64,000 bases of DNA from a virus (Duplodnaviria > Caudoviricetes): positions 422 to 64,421 of the IMG/VR virus record IMGVR_UViG_3300010351_000300, one strand, 5' to 3'. A program made the position numbers and the translations under genes. The notes under the pieces were generated by a model. It did not search any database. It was not told the origin of the DNA and worked only from the letters and a program-made list of their open reading frames with translations. Below, piece after piece: positions 8,451-16,600 of this stretch (its first letter is position 1; each line of letters starts with the position of its first letter).

Positions 8451-10010
8451 ATGACGAAATCCGAAGCCCTTCTCGGCAAGAAAGTCACCCTCATTGGATT
8501 CCGCAGAAAGTATGTTGTTGTCGGCGCACCGAAAGAAGATGTCGTACAACTTGTTGCTCTTGAGGGTGGTCTTCGGGATTCGGACTTGCAGGTTTCGCCG
8601 GATGAGGTAGAAGTTTCCCTCAGTCAGAACAAAGCCTTTGTAGGGTCAGTTGCTCGCCAGTTAAAGAACACCTACGACAGTTTCAAAGCCAGATTCGACC
8701 GCGAAGGCATCCCCTACCATCAGGGTTACATCCCTGTGAAGGTCGGAGAAGCACAGGAAGCACCTACGCCCAAGTATATCCGTGCTGAGGTGGGGGAGGA
8801 AGATGCTCGTCTCTTGAGATACCACCCGGAGTCACAAATCCGGTTGATGATTGACCCCAGTGCTTTTCTTGATCTCGTAGATCCGGGGTTTGTCAAGAAA
8901 ACCTCCCATGCCTTCTCGCAGCGATCTTACGACAAAGTGCTTCAGCGTTTACAGGACGGGGAAGCACTGGATTCTGTGTTTCTAGATGTTGATGTCAAGA
9001 CCGGAGATATCATCGGCCACGAAGGGCGCCATCGTTGTGCTGCGGCCATTGCGTTGGGGATCCCCAAAGTTCCAGCCATCCTCTATCTCCGAGAAGTGGC
9101 TCACCGGTATGTAGGATATGTGCGGGACGCTTCCCTTCACCAGAAAGATCCCAAGGTAGTTGAAATTATCAACAAGCTCCGTGGGTCAGATGTGGAATTC
9201 GTTGGTGAGGAAGACCCGGAACATAAGAGGCACCGTGAGCTATACGGCTACGACGAGAGCGTGGATAGAAACCCGACATCACAGGATTGGGTGGAACGAT
9301 TCCATGCGATCCTCTCTCGGGTGTCAGAGCTTCATCAGACCCAAAAGGACGAAAAATCTCAGCGTTCAGAGATCGAAGGTGTGTTCACTGCGCTGGAGCC
9401 CCTGTTTCTCGAAACCAGCCGTGCTGAAGTAGCACTCAGTAAAGCCGATGAAGAGACACAGGCTAGCAAACAGTGGGTCTCCGTGAATTCCGAACTGACA
9501 AACCATCTCTCGCAAATCGTCCCCGAGGCGGAACAGATTCTGGAAGAGCTGGCACAGTACATGACACGGATACAGCAAAACACCACCACTACGGCCAAAA
9601 CGGTGCAGCAGATGATTCAGCAGTTAGCGGAACACATCAAGCAGCACACGGAACAGTTTACTGCTCGCTATCGTCAATCGCTGGACACCATGCAAACAGG
9701 ATTCCAGCGACTGGGGTTCTATGCGGATGCCGAACAACGCATGGCCCGTGAGAGTGTGGCGATGCCGGAGACCCTTGCCTGTCTACAACGCTGCTCACAG
9801 ATGGAACGCACGAAGATTCGTTCGGAGATTCGAGAGGCAACACGCTTTGTCACCCCCTCCCAACATCGTGTACTCTATGAGCTTACCAGCCAAATTACGA
9901 AAAGCGCCACCCCGCGTCAGATCCGGGAGATTGCTGAGGAAGCAGTCAGCTTGATCGAGGAAAGCGGAGTGTGTGTGGTGAAGAGGGTTGACAACAGGAC
10001 GAAAAAGTAG
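8451..10010 (+). CDS. modular protein with internal ParB/sulfiredoxin-like domain and C-terminal coiled coil
   Basis: LDVDVKTGDIIGHEGRHRCAAAIALGIPKVPA is a ParB/Srx-type GxHR motif. The C-terminal half is helical. Confidence 0.65.
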   Translation: MTKSEALLGKKVTLIGFRRKYVVVGAPKEDVVQLVALEGGLRDSDLQVSPDEVEVSLSQNKAFVGSVARQLKNTYDSFKARFDREGIPYHQGYIPVKVGEAQEAPTPKYIRAEVGEEDARLLRYHPESQIRLMIDPSAFLDLVDPGFVKKTSHAFSQRSYDKVLQRLQDGEALDSVFLDVDVKTGDIIGHEGRHRCAAAIALGIPKVPAILYLREVAHRYVGYVRDASLHQKDPKVVEIINKLRGSDVEFVGEEDPEHKRHRELYGYDESVDRNPTSQDWVERFHAILSRVSELHQTQKDEKSQRSEIEGVFTALEPLFLETSRAEVALSKADEETQASKQWVSVNSELTNHLSQIVPEAEQILEELAQYMTRIQQNTTTTAKTVQQMIQQLAEHIKQHTEQFTARYRQSLDTMQTGFQRLGFYADAEQRMARESVAMPETLACLQRCSQMERTKIRSEIREATRFVTPSQHRVLYELTSQITKSATPRQIREIAEEAVSLIEESGVCVVKRVDNRTKK

Positions 10011-10016
10011 TATACT
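9988..10016 (+). promoter_or_regulatory. sigma70-type promoter for rlpA
   Basis: TTGACA (9988), 17 bp, TATACT (10011-10016). Confidence 0.75.
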
Positions 10017-10056
10017 AGGGCTGGAACAACGAGGCCCATTTGCGAGAGGATTAGAA

Positions 10057-10821
10057 ATGTTTACAGCAATAGCCATTACTGCCGGGGTTTTGTACAGCCT
10101 GCTGACCACGCCTTACCAAGAGATTCGATGCTCGTGGTACGGTGAGGCGTTCGCGGGTCGGCCTACAGCTTCCGGCCACCCGTTTGACCCCAAAGCGTAC
10201 ACGGTTGCTCACAGGACACTTCCACTCGGCAGTGTCCTTCTTCTTCAGACAGAATATGACACCCTACTGGTACAAGTCACGGATCGAGGGCCGTATGCGA
10301 CAGATTCCCTCGGTCGTGCTGTATTCCCTTTGCAGCCCCACCCGACACGAGACATGGATGTTTCCATGCAGGTTGCAAAGGACATGCGGTTCGTCACTCA
10401 GGGAGTGGGAACCGTTCAATATCGCCTAATCGGGCGTGCGCCCATCGGATACCTGTCATCCCCGCTTCGGGAAGGAGAAGAACACGGGAAGCGGAGTGCC
10501 GGGGCAACGTCAGCGGAAAAGGGAACCGACAGCCCGGAGGGGTTGGTAACTGAGATGAACTCTGAGCGTGAGTCCAGAGTCATGCTCAATGGGTGTGGCG
10601 AATGGGTTGTGTCAGGCCAGCGAAACCGGCTGGGGACTGGAGAGACCCATCACGCATTTTGCCCGACAACTGAGAACCTAAACCCTTCGGGGGTTAGGGG
10701 TTGCTCGGATGTGATGCGTGGCGCTTTCCGACTCTTTGTTTCTACAGACGCTAATACTTCAACAACAATTACGGATGTAGTATACTCAACAAGCACAATA
10801 GCGAAGCTATTTCTCCGTTAA
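10057..10821 (+). CDS. rlpA: RlpA-like (DPBB) lytic transglycosylase with N-terminal hydrophobic segment and atypical C-terminal extension
   Basis: CSWYG...GRPTASG..FDP.AYTVAHRTLPLGS...VTDRGPY...DMDVS..VAKDM are RlpA hallmarks. ATG 10057 follows GAGAGGA. The domain ends near 10430. Confidence 0.85.
   Translation: MFTAIAITAGVLYSLLTTPYQEIRCSWYGEAFAGRPTASGHPFDPKAYTVAHRTLPLGSVLLLQTEYDTLLVQVTDRGPYATDSLGRAVFPLQPHPTRDMDVSMQVAKDMRFVTQGVGTVQYRLIGRAPIGYLSSPLREGEEHGKRSAGATSAEKGTDSPEGLVTEMNSERESRVMLNGCGEWVVSGQRNRLGTGETHHAFCPTTENLNPSGVRGCSDVMRGAFRLFVSTDANTSTTITDVVYSTSTIAKLFLR
10462..10698 (+). other. cluster of stem-loops (candidate structured RNA or origin element)
   Basis: CCGCTTC/GAAGCGG (10462/10488), ACTCTG/CAGAGT (10559/10575), AATGGGTG..ATGGGT/ACCCAT-CACGCATT (10588-10658) enclosing CCAGC/GCTGG, and a CCTAA-CCC-TTCG-GGG-TTAGG hairpin (10677-10698). 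Confidence 0.4.
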
Positions 10822-10973
10822 TCTCTTTCTCTCTATATCTTAAGGGTTAACGGGGGTTGTAGGGGGAGCAAGGTAGGCAAGCGAAGAACGACAAGAAAAA
10901 CGCAACGAAGGATGAGATCAATTTGGTTTCCCGGTAATGGCTCCCGAAACTGTCTCGAAAGGAGCGATAAGGT

Positions 10974-11609
10974 ATGGAAGACGCAGTAGTAGGTTCCCGA
11001 ACTCACGAGTTTGTGGATTCCCTGTGTGAGAAGGTGCTGCGGAACAAAGGTGTACTGACTGATCCAGCCGTACAACTGCGGTTCGCGGCTGATTTTGTCG
11101 GGGGGGATCCGCTTGCGGATCGGGTGCGGCTGCTTGCGTACATGCTGGCAGATCCTGCGATGTCCCTGTCATACATCCTGAATACATGGGTCACCCCCGA
11201 GGAGTTTGCACGGATCATGTCGTTCGTAGTGGGTGCTGCATCTCGGCACTCTGATCTGTGTGTGATGACCCCCCCGAAGGATAACCCCCCTGCGCCCAAA
11301 CCCGAGGCTGTAGAACCCCCCGCCGCTAAGGCCACTAGGAAGCGTTCTACGAAGCCCACCCCTACTCCGGTAGTGGAAGAGCCTGTAAACCCCCCTGATC
11401 CTCCTGCGCCTGCCGCAGACCCCATTCCGCCGGTTGTAGAGTCTACCCCTCCGGCTACTCCAGCGGAAGAGGATGATATCAGTGCCATGTTCCGGGCGTA
11501 TGCGGAAGAGCCGCCAAAGGAGATTCCTGCCGATGAGGGTGGAGTCCCGACCAGTGAAGAGGGTGTTGGAGACATGACGCCGGATAACATCGAAGACTTG
11601 TTTGGGTAG
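10974..11609 (+). CDS. hypothetical protein with Pro-rich linker and acidic tail
   Basis: Helical N-terminal half, long PxP region, ends IEDLFG. GGAG/AAGGT RBS. Confidence 0.7.
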   Translation: MEDAVVGSRTHEFVDSLCEKVLRNKGVLTDPAVQLRFAADFVGGDPLADRVRLLAYMLADPAMSLSYILNTWVTPEEFARIMSFVVGAASRHSDLCVMTPPKDNPPAPKPEAVEPPAAKATRKRSTKPTPTPVVEEPVNPPDPPAPAADPIPPVVESTPPATPAEEDDISAMFRAYAEEPPKEIPADEGGVPTSEEGVGDMTPDNIEDLFG

Positions 11610-11611
11610 TA

Positions 11612-12139
11612 ATGGATCAGGCATTGGTGCCTTACGACCCGTTGAGTGTTGTGGTATACACTCCTGTGGAGGGCGACGAGTCTTCCGGGATGCTGAATGA
11701 GGTTCGTCGTATACTGATGGAGAGGGCTGAACACGGGGGATGTATGTGTCCTTTGTGTTCACAACTTGTCCGTGTCTACAAGTACACTCTGAATCATTTG
11801 ATGATAGCGTGTTTGCGTGGGCTTGGACAGGTGACCACACCGACAGGGGATTTCGTTCACATCTCTCGAATTCCGGTCGAGGGAAAGGATCGCAAGGCTG
11901 TTGAAGCACGCGCGTTCGGTGGTGTGCTGGCAAAGTTGCGGTACTGGGAGTTGATCGAGGGCGACGGGGCGCAGAGTGCGAGTGTCGGGAGTGTCCGTGG
12001 ATCCGGTCGGTGGAGGATTACGCAACGAGGTGAAGGTTTCCTGCGTGGAGATGTGTGTGTTGAGAGATACATCTACCTGTACAATGGCTGCTTGTTGCGT
12101 AGAGACGGTGAACTGATTAGCATTTCTGCTTTTCAGTAG
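11612..12139 (+). CDS. zinc-ribbon plus winged-helix-like protein
   Basis: CMCPLC, then LAKLRYWELIE and GRWRITQRGEGFL (wHTH wing). Confidence 0.55.
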   Translation: MDQALVPYDPLSVVVYTPVEGDESSGMLNEVRRILMERAEHGGCMCPLCSQLVRVYKYTLNHLMIACLRGLGQVTTPTGDFVHISRIPVEGKDRKAVEARAFGGVLAKLRYWELIEGDGAQSASVGSVRGSGRWRITQRGEGFLRGDVCVERYIYLYNGCLLRRDGELISISAFQ

Positions 12140-12147
12140 GGGGTCGT

Positions 12148-12903
12148 ATGACAGACGTTGAAGATCGGATCATGCGGGCGAGCTTCCAAGTCAAAAACCA
12201 GCTCTCTCCTGTTCTGTGGGGAAGTGACAAGCATCTTCGTCCGGCGGTGGAGTCGCGGGTTCAGACTGTGGTGAAACAGATACTGGATTCTATGGCTCTT
12301 GGATTCGACCCTAGTGAGATTTTGTTGACGGGTTCGGCAGCGAATTTCAACTGGAGTGCGGCTTCCGACTTGGATATCCATATCCTGTTTGACTTCAAGG
12401 AAATCGTAGGCGGTACCCCGCTGACTGAAGAAGGGCTGTTCAATCTGTTGATGGCAGCAGGGTCCGGGTGGAACGACCGACATGATATTCGGATTCGTGG
12501 CTTCGAGGTCGAGCTGTACCTCGGGCGTGATGATGAAGCTCTGGTGAGTGATGCAGGAGCCTATTCCCTACTGCGTAAGGAATGGGTGCATGAACCAGTG
12601 GCATTCATGACGGATCAGCCCATGACGCCGGAAGTTGAGGAACAGGTGAAACAGTGGGTGACTCGCATTGGTGGCATCCTCGGATTGCTCCAGACGGATC
12701 CTGCCGAAGCAGCATTGCAGGCACGCGAATTGCGAATGGATCTCCGTCAGGCACGATCTCAGTCTGTCCACGACGAAGGGGAGTTGGGGACTTTGAATGT
12801 GGCATTCAAGGTCTTGCGTCGGTCGGGATACCTGAACAAGTTGGCTGTAGCGTCGGCGGAAGCCTACGATCAGATGATGTCCATGGAGGAGCAGCGGGCT
12901 TGA
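12148..12903 (+). CDS. Pol beta-superfamily nucleotidyltransferase
   Basis: LTGSAANFNWSAASDLDIHI (GS...DxD), third acidic residue in FEVELY, NVAFKVLRRSGYL. Confidence 0.8.
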   Translation: MTDVEDRIMRASFQVKNQLSPVLWGSDKHLRPAVESRVQTVVKQILDSMALGFDPSEILLTGSAANFNWSAASDLDIHILFDFKEIVGGTPLTEEGLFNLLMAAGSGWNDRHDIRIRGFEVELYLGRDDEALVSDAGAYSLLRKEWVHEPVAFMTDQPMTPEVEEQVKQWVTRIGGILGLLQTDPAEAALQARELRMDLRQARSQSVHDEGELGTLNVAFKVLRRSGYLNKLAVASAEAYDQMMSMEEQRA

Positions 12904-12928
12904 CAAACTAGGCTCGGTGTGCTATACT
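12900..12928 (+). promoter_or_regulatory. sigma70-type promoter with extended -10
   Basis: TTGACA (12900), 17 bp, TG-C-TATACT (12923-12928). Confidence 0.75.
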
Positions 12929-12957
12929 TGTCTTCACTCGAAACTTGGAGGAGCGTC

Positions 12958-13575
12958 ATGGAAGGGCTAGGTCTGGATAAGGCGTGGCTGGATTTTCGGG
13001 ATGGTGTGAGGCCGGGGCGGCAGACACCCATACAGGAATTCTTTGGTGATCTTGTACCCTACAACTGTACTTTCAAGAGCTTGAAGCATGTACTTACGGA
13101 AGACAGTTGGGAAGTTTTGCGTCGGTGGGTGTATCGGCGCTCACATCTGATTTGCGACCTTTGTGGTGGGGTAGGCGATCTTTGGCCGACACAGGCGAAT
13201 GCTGTTTGGTGTTTCGATGACGCCAACCTCTATCAGCAGCTTGTGCGGGTGGAGTCGCTGTGCCCTGACTGCTACAACGCCAAGCATCTGGACATTGCTC
13301 TCTATCGGGCGAAGAGTGATGAGGAAGCCGCACAAGTGTTCCTGCCGTTGCTGCATCGTATCCAGATGCTGACAGGGGCATCTGACCATGAAGTGCGGGA
13401 TACCTTCGAGGCTGCTCGGCAGACGAAGACTCAGCGTGAGGGTATCATTTGGGAGACACTTGATCTCTCGTGGCTGCTGTCCTACACGGGTGGGTACCCG
13501 ATCGAGGCTAGTGTCGATGCTTTGGGGTCTGCGGTGAAAGAAGTTTCCCCGTGGGTGTTTACTTGGTCTTCGTAG
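12958..13575 (+). CDS. HNH-fold zinc-binding protein with degenerate catalytic residues
   Basis: CDLCG...QANAVWCFDD...QQLVRVESLCPDCYNAKH matches the CxxC...HEVW..DD..LCxxCH.VKH family but lacks the first His. ATG follows GGAGGAG. Confidence 0.6.
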   Translation: MEGLGLDKAWLDFRDGVRPGRQTPIQEFFGDLVPYNCTFKSLKHVLTEDSWEVLRRWVYRRSHLICDLCGGVGDLWPTQANAVWCFDDANLYQQLVRVESLCPDCYNAKHLDIALYRAKSDEEAAQVFLPLLHRIQMLTGASDHEVRDTFEAARQTKTQREGIIWETLDLSWLLSYTGGYPIEASVDALGSAVKEVSPWVFTWSS

Positions 13576-13648
13576 CTTGTTCGGGGTGAAATCTATACTC
13601 AAAGAGGGGTGGACGGTTTCATTTCGGATTTAGCATAAGGGGTGTTCA

Positions 13649-16600
13649 ATGGGTAAGCGATTGGTGGCGAGTGCTGGTGTAGATGAGGTGCTTTCTGCTT
13701 TGGTGGAAGCATTCAATTCGTCTTCGAGTAACGACCGAGTAGTGTTTCTTTCCGAAGACGGGCAGTCTACCACTGAGCGCCCTGACCCGTTGGAGTACCC
13801 GAGGTTGTTGTCCGTTGCAGAAGTGGTGATTGGCCGAAAGGCATCGAGGACAAATCACCGATTGGTTCTCGTTCATGCTACAGGGCAGGGTCAGCTTCCG
13901 GCAGGGTGGACTGTGGAGTATAAGCCTATTCCCCGCCTGAAGCCCCTGACGGAGCGCGTGGATGTCACAGGTATGCCAACAACTGCGGATGAGGTTGACG
14001 CACTGCTTGTGACTGAACGCAAGTTGTGGGATGATGCACATGCTTCTGATGAAGCTATTCCCGCAGCTCAGTATGCCCCGGCAGTTGAATATCTTGTTAT
14101 GTTGAAAGATGGTTTGGATCTGGTTGCTCGTATGAAAGAGCGCGATCCACAGGATATTCTTCTCAAGACGTTAGAAGCGGGCAATGCGTTGTGGTGGAAG
14201 CAGTATCAAGCCGCTAGGTTTCAGTCTGTAGGTATTGACGAGACCTTCCGAGTCAAGCCTGAAACACAACAGCGTTTTCTACGGGACTTGAAGGCAAACT
14301 CCGATGCGAATACGCGGGATCTCTATCAGCGTTTGCGTGCAAGACAGGCCAAAGATCCCGAGGGTGCTGCCAGTATCTGGGCAGAAATGGCTGACGAAAT
14401 GCTGGCGAAGCATCCCGATTTAGCATCCATAAAAGTGGCGGAGCGCGTGGATGTCAAGGACATTCCCACGTACTCGGTGATGTCTTACGATGTCGTGGGG
14501 GACACGGAAGAGGAGTTGAAGCTCGTTGCTCGTTCCATCCGGCTCGTCAAGGCATTGACTATCAAGAGCGCCCCATCTCGTAAGGGGAATGTTTTCGTTC
14601 TTCCAGTCGATGCTCATATCCCTACGGGGTCGGCCGATCCCGCGCAGGAGGGTTTCGACCTGATCCAGAACGCGATTCAGAAGGCCGGGGTGGAAGAGAG
14701 TCATTCACGGGTACAGTCTACTTTGACGGAGGACGAATCTACAAAGTTCATCAACTCCGATCTACAATGGTTGGTTGGTCCGGATCAAGATATGACTTGG
14801 GCGCAAGCAAAGAAGTGGGTTCAGAGTTTAGGGGAAGGCTGGCGAATGCCTACCCTTATTGAGCTTAAAGGGTTGTGGGAAGCAAATCTACCGATCAAAG
14901 GTAGGGGTGCCTTTTCGGCGGCGTATGTGTGGTCACAGGATAAAGGTATTGGTTCAGCCAAGCGTTTCAACTTCAGTGCTGGGGAGTATGAGATGACACC
15001 TCTCGATTTCCCTTACGGAACTCGGGCTATGGCTGTTCGTGAAGCAGATACCACACCAGCCAACGAAAGTCAACGGGTACACCCCGTGCAGGAAGGTCAC
15101 CGTCGTCTTCAAGATGCTATCGTTCAAGCCAAGAGACAAGCTGCGGATCGTCAAGCTGTGCGGTATGTGTTCGCTACCGCTTATGGTTATGCTGTATGGG
15201 ATTCTCAACCCCCCTCGGGACAGAGATACTATGCTGTTCAACCTGATGGCACAGTGAGTAAGTCTTTGGTAGCGGGACAGGTCACGGAGGGTGTACCCAG
15301 CAAGAGGACAATTCCCGTCCGCACCTACCTTGGCCGTATCGATTGGAATGGGCAGATGTGGTCTGCAGCGGTTGTGCGTCAAGTCTTAGAGGCTGTGCAG
15401 GGTGAACTTCAGGCTGTCTTTGGGAAGTACACATGGTATCTGGATGGAGATACAGGTGACTACTCCATCATGGCAAAGAGTCTGGATACCAAAGACTTGT
15501 GGGCTGACGGCCACGGGCGTACCCCGAAACAGGCCATTCTCGACTGCAATGCTACGCGGACCATCTTCCAGAAGAACGGGTGGCTTCCCAGTAATGGGAT
15601 GATGACGGATGAGTCTCGTGATCATCCTGTGGTGGAAATCTCTCTTAGAGAAGACCTTGATGTAGCAAATACGATTCTCCAACAGCTTGGTGGGCGGAAG
15701 TTCATAGCGATGACTGGTGCTAAGGATTTAATGGGTGGTCCTGATTTCTTGGCCTTTCGTGTGGGTGCAAACCCAAAGCGGGTCAATAAAGTCCGGATTA
15801 CACTTAATGCTCATGACTACTATGATGTAGAGTTTTTCCATCTGCGCAATATGAAAGCTACTCTACTCTCCCGTGTGGAGGATGTTTCCGTTGACATGCT
15901 TCGTGATGTGTTTACACAAAATACCGGGTTGTATACCTCGTTGGGAACTATGGGTCGGACCCCTGAAACAGAAGGGGTATGTCGTCATAGCGGAACGATT
16001 GCCACGGAAGGAGTATGCCAACCCCTTAGTGAAGACCTAGATGTGGCGAACACGATTCTCCAACAGCTTGGTGGGCGGAAGTTCATAGCGATGACTGGTG
16101 CTAAGGATTTAATGGGTGGTCCTGATTTCTTGGCCTTTCGTGTGGGTGCAAACCCAAAGCGGGTCAATAAAGTCCGGATTACACTTAATGCTCATGACTA
16201 CTATGATGTAGAGTTTTTCCATCTGCGCAATATGAAAGCTACTCTACTCTCCCGTGTGGAGGATGTTTCCGTTGACATGCTTCGTGATGTGTTTACACAA
16301 AATACCGGGTTGTATACCTCGTTGGGAACTATGGGTCGGACCCCTGAAACAGAAGGGGTATGGCATGGCCTACATTACACCCTCCGCTTCCCGCAGGTCG
16401 AGGGAAGATACATCAAGGGTACTAGAATCGAGTCGTGTGAGTTTGAGGTTGTAGTGCAGTGTGGCAGTGAGGCTCAAGCTAGAGAATTCTTCCATACTCT
16501 TCAAGCTAAGTTGCAGGAGGATGAGAGTTTGAGTCAGCGTTGGGGACTTGGGTACGGTTGGATTCGTGGCAATGATGCTGTGTCGGTGTATGGGAAGATG

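Noticed and set aside
10462-10698. Group I intron, cobalamin riboswitch, tmRNA or RNase P identity for the structured region
   Set aside because: The diagnostic conserved sequences were not recognisable by eye. It is left as an unassigned structured element.
14732-15043. Diversity-generating retroelement targeting the Lcl-like module
   Set aside because: There is no reverse transcriptase and no adenine-specific template repeat in the window. The large repeats are exact or differ at non-adenine synonymous sites.
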